This document shows, piece after piece, positions 47,128 to 56,400 of a DNA stretch of 64,000 nt. Where the stretch lies: assembly GCA_003567205.1 (NCBI GenBank), contig PXAA01000067.1, forward strand, positions 1,578-65,577. The letters are read 5' to 3'. The translations under genes were made by a program, and so were the position numbers. Source of the DNA: Bacteroidales bacterium. Its GTDB lineage: Bacteria; Bacteroidota; Bacteroidia; Bacteroidales; UBA7960. The notes beneath the pieces were generated by a model. That model did not search any database, was not told where the DNA came from, and worked only from the letters and a program-made list of their open reading frames with translations. Every line of letters begins with the position of its first letter. Position 1 is the first letter of the stretch.

Positions 47128-48441
47128 ATGAAAAGATTTTTCTTGTTTATTCTCATGGCGATCCTCTTTATGGGTTGTAATTTGATGTCAGGCGGCGATC
47201 GCGGGTACCTTACCGGCGTACAGAACAGGCCCGACTATTTTGATGCAGACCCTCCCGGCATGGTATTTATCCCAATGGGTAGCTTTACCATGGGGCCGTC
47301 TGAACAGGATATTGCCTACGCACAAAATGCCCCGAGAAGAACGGTAACCATATCGCCATTTTATATGGATGAGACAGAGATTACCAATAACCAGTACCGC
47401 CAATTCGTACATTGGGTAAGGGACTCGCTGGCGCGCAGTCTTTTGGCAGATTTTGACGATAACTTTGCCTTTTATGAAGACGAGTTCGGCATGCCGCTGG
47501 ATCCCCCGAGGCTGAACTGGGCACCCAGGATCCGCTGGGACGGAGAAGAAGAGCAAGACATACTGGAAGAATTGTTCCTGCCCGAAAGTGAACGTTTTTT
47601 CCGCCGCAAGGAGCTCGACAGCAGAAGGCTTGTATTCCGTTATTATACGCTGGACCTTGAAAGGGCTGCCAGGAGCAGGGAAGACATTCCGAGGTGGGAA
47701 CTGGTGAGCGAACATGAGACCCATATTTACCCTGATACACTGGTCTGGATGCGCGACTTTACCTTCGCCTACAATGAGCCCATGACACTCAGGTATTTCT
47801 GGCACCCAAGCTATGATCATTATCCGGTCGTTGGCGTTAACTGGGAGCAGGCCAAGGCATTTAACGTGTGGCGCACACAATACCTGAACAGTTATCTTGC
47901 AAGCAGAGATCAACCACTGGCCATGGAATTCCAGTTGCCTTCCGAGGCCCAGTGGGAATACGCTGCCAGGGGCGGACTCGAAGGCAGCCCTTATCCATGG
48001 GGCGGCCCTTATATACGAAACCAGGAGGGCTGTTTCCTTGCCAACTTTAAACCCCTCAGGGGTAACTATGCCGAAGACGGCGCCCTGTATACGTCTATCG
48101 TCGGACATTATCCTCCAAACGATTTTGGATTGTACGACATGGCCGGGAACGTATCAGAATGGACCCGGAGTGCATATGACGAATCCTATTATGTGCTTTC
48201 GCATGTTGCACATGAACTGAATCCTGATTATCAATACAATGCAAGAGCAGATGATCCCCCATCCCTGAAGCGGAAAGTATTGCGGGGCGGATCCTGGAAA
48301 GACATCGGCTATTATCTGCAGGTCAGTGCCAGAACCTATGAATACCAGGATACCGCAAAATCTTACATCGGATTTCGCAGTATTCAGTCTTATCCGGGCT
48401 TCGACAGGGGGCAATTGCGCATGAACTCAAACGTCTATTAA
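47128..48441 (+). CDS. gldK: T9SS/gliding lipoprotein GldK/PorK
   Basis: Lipobox FMG-C; DETEITN, YPDTLVW, YPVVGV, EAQWEYAARGG, MAGNVSEW. Confidence 0.95.
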   Translation: MKRFFLFILMAILFMGCNLMSGGDRGYLTGVQNRPDYFDADPPGMVFIPMGSFTMGPSEQDIAYAQNAPRRTVTISPFYMDETEITNNQYRQFVHWVRDSLARSLLADFDDNFAFYEDEFGMPLDPPRLNWAPRIRWDGEEEQDILEELFLPESERFFRRKELDSRRLVFRYYTLDLERAARSREDIPRWELVSEHETHIYPDTLVWMRDFTFAYNEPMTLRYFWHPSYDHYPVVGVNWEQAKAFNVWRTQYLNSYLASRDQPLAMEFQLPSEAQWEYAARGGLEGSPYPWGGPYIRNQEGCFLANFKPLRGNYAEDGALYTSIVGHYPPNDFGLYDMAGNVSEWTRSAYDESYYVLSHVAHELNPDYQYNARADDPPSLKRKVLRGGSWKDIGYYLQVSARTYEYQDTAKSYIGFRSIQSYPGFDRGQLRMNSNVY

Positions 48442-48463
48442 TCAAATAATAAAAACAACAAAG

Positions 48464-49360
48464 ATGAAATTTGCGAAAAAAAAATCATGGAAAATTTTCA
48501 TGTCCAGACTATATGGATGGGGTGCCTCGGCGGTGATCATTGGTGCCCTGTTCAAGATTATGCACTGGCCAGGTGCTGATTATGCGCTTGTGATCGGAAT
48601 GGGGGTCGAGGCCATTGTATTTTTCCTTTCCGCTTTTGAAGATACATACGAAGAACCCGATTGGAGCCTTGTATATCCCGAACTGGCCGGCATCGAGTCG
48701 GAAATACCACCCGAAGGCAGGCGATTGCGCGAAGGCTATACCACCCAGCAAAACATTACCCTGTCGTCTAACCTGGACAAGTTGATGGAAGAAGCCGACA
48801 TCGGCCCGGAACTGATCAACAAATTGGGGCGCGGCCTGCGCAACCTTAGTGACAACGCCTCCAGGCTTGCCGATTTGTCAAACGCAACCATTGCCACCAA
48901 CCAGTACATCCAAAACATGGAGTCTGCATCCAAATCTGTTCTGGAGCTCGGCCAATCTTACCGGAACAAGGCAGAATACCTGAAACAGGACCTGAGCCTG
49001 TCGGAAGAATACAACAGTACGCTGAAAAACGCAGTAGAATCACTGAGTGAAATGAGCCACTCTTACAGGGATTCTTCCAGGAAGGCACAGGACAGCGCGT
49101 TTGCATCCGAAAGCCTGACCAAGAACCTTTCGGCCCTGAACACCGCCTATGAATTGCAAATGCAAGCTGCAAACAAGCAGGCCGAATCGGCCCAGCAATA
49201 CCATGACTCCATAGAAAATATTGTGGACCACCTCAGCGGTTCTGCCGAAAGTTCAAGGAAGTACAGAGAAGAAATGGAAAAGCTTACGGAGAATATACAG
49301 GCCCTTAATAATGTATACGGCAATATGCTCTCTGCAATGAGCTTTAATGTAAAACGCTAA
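48464..49360 (+). CDS. gldL: T9SS motor subunit GldL/PorL
   Basis: YGWGAS..IIGALFKIMH, TM2 Glu, SAFE, WSLVYPEL, LNNVYGNMLSAM. Confidence 0.95.
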   Translation: MKFAKKKSWKIFMSRLYGWGASAVIIGALFKIMHWPGADYALVIGMGVEAIVFFLSAFEDTYEEPDWSLVYPELAGIESEIPPEGRRLREGYTTQQNITLSSNLDKLMEEADIGPELINKLGRGLRNLSDNASRLADLSNATIATNQYIQNMESASKSVLELGQSYRNKAEYLKQDLSLSEEYNSTLKNAVESLSEMSHSYRDSSRKAQDSAFASESLTKNLSALNTAYELQMQAANKQAESAQQYHDSIENIVDHLSGSAESSRKYREEMEKLTENIQALNNVYGNMLSAMSFNVKR

Positions 49361-49408
49361 CAGATCATTTTGTTTCCCGGTAAATAAACGACCAAGATAT
49401 AGACAATT

Positions 49409-51004
49409 ATGGCAGTTCGAAAACAAACGCCCAGGCAGAGGCTGATCGGTTTGATGTATCTGATCTTCCTGGCACTTATGGCCCTGAACGTTTCGGTAGA
49501 GGTACTGGATTCCTTTCCGCTGATCAACAGGAGCATTGAGGAGACCAACAGGAACTTCGAGATGAAGGTGGATATGACATATTATGACTTCGAGGAACAA
49601 AGATTGAATTTTTCGGACGAGCACGTATATCCCTATTATGGAGAAGCCCTTTATGTCGGACAACTGGCCGATTCACTGATAGATTTCATACAGACCAACC
49701 GCAGTCAGATGCTGGCCGAAGTGAACAACATTTCCTTTGCAGAAGCCGACACACTCGACCTGATGGATTCCAGGCGAAAAGACAATTACAGCATCTCCTC
49801 AAGATTCTGGCTGATTGAAAATAGAATTGATCCCGCTGCCAGGGATGGCGGCCCGGGCACCAGGGCGTACATCCTCAGGGAAATGATTACCAATTTTAAA
49901 CACGAGATCGACAGTATCCTCGACCGGCATGGCCAATCCCTGACACTGGCGCTGGATGTTGAAGGCCCCTTCTATATACAGGACCGCCGCGTAAACTGGC
50001 AACAACTGACCTTTGACCGTGTCATCTCAGTGGCGGTGGCCACCAACCTTAACAGGCTGATCACCGAGGTGCGCAATGCCCAGTTTGATGCCATCAACAT
50101 GCTTTACGACCTGATCACCGCCGGACAGTTTCGTTTTGATGAAGTAACGGCAAGGATTGTTCCCAAAAGCGAGATCATAATGACTGGAGGGATTTATGAA
50201 GCCGACGTATTTGTTGCGGCCATCGATACCCGTCAGGATCCGGACATCACCGTTGATGGGATTGGGAGAATACCTGTTTCAGGTGGCGTTGGAAGGATAC
50301 GCATTCCGGCAAGCACACCCGGTACCCGCCGGGTCAGCGGTACCATCGAAGTGGTTTCACCGGCTGGCGTCAGACAACCCCACCGGTTCTCCACCACTTA
50401 TACCGTGGAACGGCCTGCGGCGACCGTATCAGCCACCAGGATGAACGTATTCTATATCGGGGCAGAAAACCCCGTATCGATTTCAGCACCAGGCATTCCC
50501 TCAGAAAACATGCGTCCGCGCATTTCGTCTGGCGCCAGTTTATCAAGGCAGCCAGACGGAACGTATATTGTAGAGGTGGAATCCGGCACCAGAGAAGTAA
50601 CCGTTACGGTGAATGCCCTGGTTGAAAACAGGTTGGAAACCATGGGCCGCATGGAGTTCCGCGCCCTGCCACTGCCTTCGCCCGAAGCCGTTATTGCCGG
50701 CTCGCGGGGGGGTAGGATCGACAGGCAGGTACTTGTCAGGGCCAGAAGAATAGAAGCCCGCATGGGCGAGGGATTTGCCTTTGACCTGCATTACGAGGTA
50801 GAGAGCTTTCAGATGAGCACCGTAATTGGCGGCGAAATCAGACGCAGAAACCAGGACGATGGCTTCGAACTCACCAGCGACATGATCCAGCTGATCAATG
50901 ATGCCCGCAGTGGGCAGGAAATAACGTTTCGTGATATCTGGACAAAACCAGGGCCGGACGGCAGAAGAAGGAACCTGGGGTCCATATCATTCACCATTAA
51001 CTAA
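49409..51004 (+). CDS. gldM: T9SS motor subunit GldM/PorM
   Basis: TPRQRLIGLMYLIFLALMALNVS, MNVFYIGAENP. Confidence 0.94.
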   Translation: MAVRKQTPRQRLIGLMYLIFLALMALNVSVEVLDSFPLINRSIEETNRNFEMKVDMTYYDFEEQRLNFSDEHVYPYYGEALYVGQLADSLIDFIQTNRSQMLAEVNNISFAEADTLDLMDSRRKDNYSISSRFWLIENRIDPAARDGGPGTRAYILREMITNFKHEIDSILDRHGQSLTLALDVEGPFYIQDRRVNWQQLTFDRVISVAVATNLNRLITEVRNAQFDAINMLYDLITAGQFRFDEVTARIVPKSEIIMTGGIYEADVFVAAIDTRQDPDITVDGIGRIPVSGGVGRIRIPASTPGTRRVSGTIEVVSPAGVRQPHRFSTTYTVERPAATVSATRMNVFYIGAENPVSISAPGIPSENMRPRISSGASLSRQPDGTYIVEVESGTREVTVTVNALVENRLETMGRMEFRALPLPSPEAVIAGSRGGRIDRQVLVRARRIEARMGEGFAFDLHYEVESFQMSTVIGGEIRRRNQDDGFELTSDMIQLINDARSGQEITFRDIWTKPGPDGRRRNLGSISFTIN

Positions 51005-51034
51005 TGTTGTACCATTTATTTGGGAGGTAATCCG

Positions 51035-51880
51035 ATGACCAGACAATTGATCATTTTTTCCATATTGTGCCTGATGTTTGCCCCGGCAAGCATTGCCCAG
51101 GCAGAAGAAGACAGGCCAAGGAACACGTTTTATGATGCCGAAACCCGCATCGAAAGAGACCGGAAACCGGTAGAACTGACCTATGTCAGAGAAGCCGATG
51201 TTTTGTGGTCAAAGAGAATATGGCAGACCATCGACACACGGGAACCCATCAACCAGGCCCTGTATTACCCGGAAAGGCCGGCAGGTGAATTCCGCAGCCT
51301 GATGCAGGTGCTTATGGACGCCATCATCGATGGAAAAATCAGGGCCTACGGGGTGGATGATGAGGGTTTTGAAAATGACCCCCTGGACCCTGCGAAATTA
51401 TTCGAGGAAGATTTGTCGCAGATACAAACCTTTTTTGTAGACGGTGTAGAAGAAATCGTTGAAATTCCTTTTGATCCAAGCAATGTTCTGATATTCAGAA
51501 TTAAAGAAGACTGGTTTATTGACAGCAGGAGGGGCCGCGCAGATGTCCGTATCATTGGATTGTCTCCGGCCATGCTTGTCAGGGACGAAGAAACGGGAGA
51601 ATACACAGACATCCAGGACCCCCTGTTCTGGGTCCCCTTTGAAGAGGCGCGCGATGTGCTGGCCAACGCCATTGTGTATAATCAAAACAACCGTTCCCAA
51701 AAGATTTCCATGGACGATTTTTTCATTCGCCGGCTTTTCAATGCCAGCGTCTACCGCGAAGAAAGACCCGACAACCGGGTTATTATGGAATACATTGAGG
51801 ATCCCACCGAAAGGCTATTGGAAGCACAACGGATAATTGATGAGATCCGGAACATGGAACTTGACCTGTGGCATTATTAA
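51035..51880 (+). CDS. gldN: T9SS ring protein GldN/PorN
   Basis: READVLWSKRIW, NQALYYP, KEDWF, PLFWV, ELDLWHY. Confidence 0.93.
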   Translation: MTRQLIIFSILCLMFAPASIAQAEEDRPRNTFYDAETRIERDRKPVELTYVREADVLWSKRIWQTIDTREPINQALYYPERPAGEFRSLMQVLMDAIIDGKIRAYGVDDEGFENDPLDPAKLFEEDLSQIQTFFVDGVEEIVEIPFDPSNVLIFRIKEDWFIDSRRGRADVRIIGLSPAMLVRDEETGEYTDIQDPLFWVPFEEARDVLANAIVYNQNNRSQKISMDDFFIRRLFNASVYREERPDNRVIMEYIEDPTERLLEAQRIIDEIRNMELDLWHY

Positions 51881-51899
51881 GGGTCGAAGGGTCTGGGGA

Positions 51900-52181
51900 C
51901 TATACCATTTTTGAAGGGTCAACCCAGCGGTCAAAATCTTCTTCTGACACCAGGCCCAGTTTCAATGCAGCTTCTTTCAAAGTACTACCTTCGGCATGCG
52001 CCAGGCGGGCGATTTTTGCCGCATTATCATAGCCAATATGTGGATTTAAAGCCGTAACCAGCATCAGGGAATTTTCCAGGTGCTTGCCGGTCTGCTCCGC
52101 ATTTGGCACAATCCCATGGTCCAGTTGTGAAACAAAACCCGAAAATTCCTGGCCCAGGGTATCGTTTTCTGTTCTGAACAT
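51900..52181 (-). pseudogene. fumC: Class II fumarase remnant with two in-frame deletions (93 aa)
   Basis: RTENDTLG + [14 protein letters not shown] + VPN...[21 protein letters not shown]; GRTH and SSIMPGKVNP absent. Confidence 0.88.
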
Positions 52182-52227
52182 ATTTGCTTAACAAACAAAT
52201 AAATCCATATGTTCAGCACTGTACTTG

Positions 52228-53844
52228 CTACATACTGTAAAAATCATTGCCCTTATCATCCACCAGGATGAAAGCAGGGAACTGTTCCACACGGATGCGG
52301 TACACGGCCTCCATGCCCAGTTCCGGATATTCCAGCAGTTCCACCTCCCTGATATTCTCCTGTGCCAGGATGGCGGCCGGGCCGCCAATGCTGCCCAGGT
52401 AAAATCCACCGTATTTCTTACAGGCGTCAGTAACTGCCTGGCTGCGGTTGCCCTTGGCGATCATCACCATGCTCGCCCCATGCTGCTGGAACAAGTCTAC
52501 ATATGAATCCATACGGCCGGCTGTGGTAGGACCGAAGGAACCCGAAGGCATGCCTTCCGGGGTTTTTGCCGGACCGGCATAATAGATGGGATGGTCTTTA
52601 ACATATTGCGGCAAACCTTCTCCGGAGTCCAGCCTTTCCTTTAGCTTGGCATGGGCGATGTCGCGGCCAACGATGATGGTACCGTTGAGCGACAGACGGG
52701 TCCCCACCTTATGTTTGCCAAGCTCTGCAAGTATGTCTGTCATGGGCTGGTCCAGGTCGATTTCCACGGCACCGGCAGCATCATCTTTCTGGCGTAAAGC
52801 CTCCGGGATAAACCTTCCGGGATTGTCTTCCAGTTTCTCAATCCAAATACCCTCTTTGTTTATTTTGGCCTTGATGTTCCGGTCGGCTGCACAGGAAACC
52901 CCCATGGCTACGGGGCATGATGCACCATGCCTTGGCAGGCGGATGATGCGGATATCCAGTGCAAAATATTTTCCGCCAAACTGGGCACCAATACCCAGTT
53001 TATAAGCGGCTTCCAACACCTTTTGTTCCATTTCCCTGTCGCGGAACGCCTGTCCGCCTTCATTGCCCGTTTCAGGCAAGTTGTCGAGGTATTTGGCGGT
53101 GGCCAGTTTCACTGTTTTCAAAGTGGATTCGGCCGATGTGCCTCCCACCGCAAAAGCCACATGGTAAGGCGGACAGGCCGCAGTGCCAAGAGACTTAAGC
53201 TTGTCCACCAAAAAAGCCTCCAGTTTTTCAGGGTTCAGCAGGGCCTTGGTTTGCTGATAAAGGGCGGTTTTATTGGCTGAACCACCCCCTTTGGCCATAA
53301 ATAAAAATTCGTATGCATCCCCGTCCGCCGCTGAAATGTCGATCTGTGCCGGCAAGTTGGTCCCGGAGTTTTTCTCTTTGTACATGTCGAGCGGAATGGT
53401 CTGGGAATAGCGCAGATTTTCTTCCGTATATACATTGTATACCCCTTTCGACAGGGCTTCTGCATCGCCACCACCCGTCCAAACCTGCTGGCCTTTCTTG
53501 CCCATGATAGTGGCTGTTCCGGTGTCCTGACAAAAAGGCAACACGCCTTTGGCGGAAATTTCTGCATTGCGCAACATGGTCAGTGCCACATATTTGTCAT
53601 TTTCGCTGGCATCGGGGTCGTCCAGAATGGCCGCCACTTGTTTTACATGTTCGGTGCGAAGCATAAAAGAAACATCACGCAAGGCTGCTTGTGCTAGTTT
53701 CGTAAGCCCTTCCGGGGCAATCCGCAGCACAGGACGGCCGTCAAAACGTTCTTCCGACACATGGTCGCGTGTCAATAAATAATACGCTGTGTTGTCTGTT
53801 CCCAGCGGGAAAGGATCCTGGTAAGAAAAAGCCGGTTTTTTCAT
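52228..53844 (-). CDS. fumA: Class I (Fe-S) fumarate hydratase
   Basis: [40 protein letters not shown]; fumA versus fumB not distinguishable. Confidence 0.95.
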   Translation of the reverse strand: MKKPAFSYQDPFPLGTDNTAYYLLTRDHVSEERFDGRPVLRIAPEGLTKLAQAALRDVSFMLRTEHVKQVAAILDDPDASENDKYVALTMLRNAEISAKGVLPFCQDTGTATIMGKKGQQVWTGGGDAEALSKGVYNVYTEENLRYSQTIPLDMYKEKNSGTNLPAQIDISAADGDAYEFLFMAKGGGSANKTALYQQTKALLNPEKLEAFLVDKLKSLGTAACPPYHVAFAVGGTSAESTLKTVKLATAKYLDNLPETGNEGGQAFRDREMEQKVLEAAYKLGIGAQFGGKYFALDIRIIRLPRHGASCPVAMGVSCAADRNIKAKINKEGIWIEKLEDNPGRFIPEALRQKDDAAGAVEIDLDQPMTDILAELGKHKVGTRLSLNGTIIVGRDIAHAKLKERLDSGEGLPQYVKDHPIYYAGPAKTPEGMPSGSFGPTTAGRMDSYVDLFQQHGASMVMIAKGNRSQAVTDACKKYGGFYLGSIGGPAAILAQENIREVELLEYPELGMEAVYRIRVEQFPAFILVDDKGNDFYSM

Positions 53845-53991
53845 GTTTTTATGGTTTTAATGTATTTGTTTTGAGTGAATGGCTAAAAATACAATATTTA
53901 GATTAAGCCTCCAAAAGAATCTGTATGTCGATTTATGCTCAGGGGGTGACATACATCAACCCATTTTGTATTTATTGTATCTTTGCGTGAT

Positions 53992-54327
53992 ATGGAAACA
54001 AACAGACAGAATCGTATCTCCCGGCTGATCCAGAAAGACCTTGGGGGAATCTTGCAGATGGCAGGCAGGGATTGGTTTCCGGGTGCCATGATTACGGTGA
54101 CCAAGGTGTATGTAACCAGCGATTTGTCCATCGCCAAAGCATATCTTAGCATTTTCGGAAAAGATGCCGGGGAAATTCTCAGCCAGATAGAGATGAAAAA
54201 CAAAGAGATCCGCAAGCAATTGGGGTTCCGGGTAAAAAATCAATTGCGGCAGGTGCCGGAGCTGCGTTTTTTCATTGACGACAGCCTGGATTACATCGAT
54301 AATATTGAAAAGTTGCTAAAAAAGTAG
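53992..54327 (+). CDS. rbfA: Ribosome-binding factor A
   Basis: RQNRIS, DLSIAKAYLS, VPELRFFIDDSLDY; TATCTTTG at 53978-53985. Confidence 0.95.
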   Translation: METNRQNRISRLIQKDLGGILQMAGRDWFPGAMITVTKVYVTSDLSIAKAYLSIFGKDAGEILSQIEMKNKEIRKQLGFRVKNQLRQVPELRFFIDDSLDYIDNIEKLLKK

Positions 54328-54337
54328 TTCTGCACCC

Positions 54338-55156
54338 ATGCAATATGACCCCATAAAAAAGACTTTGGGCCGGTTTTTCAACCGCAATCCTTTAACCCTG
54401 CGCTTGTTTTACCGCATGCTCGACATTCTATTACTGCGCACCTGGCATGTTCACCGGGCCTTGCGTTCTTTTGCCCGGAATAACCGGAATAAAAAAGAAG
54501 TCCATGTGCTGGATGCCGGCAGCGGTTTCGGCCAGTACAGCTGGTATATGGCCAGGAAAAATCCCCGCTGGCATATTACGGGCATCGACGTCAAGGAAGA
54601 GGAAGTGGAAGCATGCAATGCCTTTTTCAATAAAACAGGCAAACAAAATGCCCGGTTTTTCCGGGGCGACTTGCGCCAATATGTTCAACCCGAAAGCTTT
54701 GACCTTATTCTCTCGGTAGATGTGATGGAACACATTGAAGAGGATGAAACCGTGTTCGGCAATTTTTATCGCTCCCTGAAGCCGGGGGGCATGTTGCTGA
54801 TTAACACCCCTTCTGACTTGGGTGGCAGTGATGTAGATAATGAACACGATGCCTCTTTTATTGAAGAACATGTCAGGGACGGCTATTCCATATATGAAAT
54901 ACGTGACAAACTGGCCAGGGCAGGTTTTTATCTCACGGAAACAAACTATACCTACGGAAGGCCGGGAAACATCGCCTGGCGAATCTCCATAAAGTTTCCC
55001 ATGATGCTTTTAAACCGTTCCAAAGCGTTTCTTATAATACTTCCCCTGTATTACCTGCTGACCATGCCCCCGGTGTTGTTATTGAACCTGGCTGACCTGC
55101 ATGGGGAACATACAAAAGGAACGGGCCTGATGGTACAATCCTGGAAAAAAACATAA
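54338..55156 (+). CDS. Class I SAM-dependent methyltransferase
   Basis: VLDAGSGFG, DVMEHI, LKPGG. Confidence 0.88.
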   Translation: MQYDPIKKTLGRFFNRNPLTLRLFYRMLDILLLRTWHVHRALRSFARNNRNKKEVHVLDAGSGFGQYSWYMARKNPRWHITGIDVKEEEVEACNAFFNKTGKQNARFFRGDLRQYVQPESFDLILSVDVMEHIEEDETVFGNFYRSLKPGGMLLINTPSDLGGSDVDNEHDASFIEEHVRDGYSIYEIRDKLARAGFYLTETNYTYGRPGNIAWRISIKFPMMLLNRSKAFLIILPLYYLLTMPPVLLLNLADLHGEHTKGTGLMVQSWKKT

Positions 55157-55158
55157 GC

Positions 55159-56400
55159 ATGCGCTTCCCGATATATATAGCCTGGCGCTATCTGTTCGCC
55201 AAAAAGACACACAATGCCATCAACATCATTACCCTGGTGTCGGTGGTGGGCGTGGCGGTAGGGAGCATGGCCCTGGTAATTGTTTTATCTGTCTTCAATG
55301 GTTTTGAGAAGCTGATCTTATCGCTTTTCAACGCCTTTCACCCCGATATGGAGATCACCCTGGCAGAGGGAAAAACTTTTTCCATGGAAAACTTCCCCCT
55401 GGAAGAATTGCAGAACGTCCCCGGCATTTTTCATTATGGACAGGTACTGGAAGAAAGCGGGCTCATCATGTACAGGGACCGTCAGCACCTGGTAAGTCTT
55501 CGCGGGGTAGATGAGGCTTACAGGCAGATAACAGGCATTGATACCATGCTGGTTGAAGGCGAATTTGTGCTGGAACAAAATGGCCGCGACTTCATGATCC
55601 TTGGCCAGGGCGTTTCCTATGTAATCAATGCCAGCATTCACGATTTTCTTTATCCCATCGATATATATGTCCCACAGAGGGGCCGCACCACCGGACTGCA
55701 TCCGGCACAAGCCTTTCGGTCATCGTCCGGGTATGCCACGGGCATATTTGCCGTTCAGGCAGAATACGATATGGATTATGTAATCGTGCCTTTGCGTTTG
55801 ATGCGGCACTTGCTGGATTACCAGGATGAAGTAAGTTCGCTTGTGGTCAGCATTGACCCCCGCTACAACCACCAAAGGATACAGCGGGAGATCCAGGAGG
55901 TCGTCGGTACTGAATATGTAGTCAGGAACAGGCTCCAGCAGCAAGACTTTCTTTACCGTGTAATGCGGTCAGAAAAATGGGCCATTTTCTTCATCCTGAC
56001 CTTCATCCTTATCATTGCCGCCTTCAACATCATCGGTTCATTAAGCATGCTGATCATCGAAAAACGGCGCGATATATCGGTACTGCGAAGCATGGGTGCC
56101 AGCCGGCAGCTGATACGCAGGATATTTTTGTCGGAAGGGATTATGATAAGTCTGGCCGGAGCCCTGGGGGGCATTTTTGTTGGCGGGCTTATTGCCTGGT
56201 TGCAGATGCGTTTTGGCATGATCCCCTTGCAGGCCGAAGGTGTATTCATTATTGACTCCTACCCGGTACAAGTGAAAGTGTCTGACCTTATCATGGTGGG
56301 CTTCACAGTGTTCTGTATCGGCCTGCTGGCCTCATCAATACCACTGCGGAATATATGGGAAACGGCAGACAAAGCACCGGCCCGGGGTGACAGATTATAA
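55159..56400 (+). CDS. LolE/FtsX-like ABC transporter permease
   Basis: IAWRYL, SVFNGF, IAAFNIIGSL, LRSMGA, YPV. Confidence 0.88.
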   Translation: MRFPIYIAWRYLFAKKTHNAINIITLVSVVGVAVGSMALVIVLSVFNGFEKLILSLFNAFHPDMEITLAEGKTFSMENFPLEELQNVPGIFHYGQVLEESGLIMYRDRQHLVSLRGVDEAYRQITGIDTMLVEGEFVLEQNGRDFMILGQGVSYVINASIHDFLYPIDIYVPQRGRTTGLHPAQAFRSSSGYATGIFAVQAEYDMDYVIVPLRLMRHLLDYQDEVSSLVVSIDPRYNHQRIQREIQEVVGTEYVVRNRLQQQDFLYRVMRSEKWAIFFILTFILIIAAFNIIGSLSMLIIEKRRDISVLRSMGASRQLIRRIFLSEGIMISLAGALGGIFVGGLIAWLQMRFGMIPLQAEGVFIIDSYPVQVKVSDLIMVGFTVFCIGLLASSIPLRNIWETADKAPARGDRL

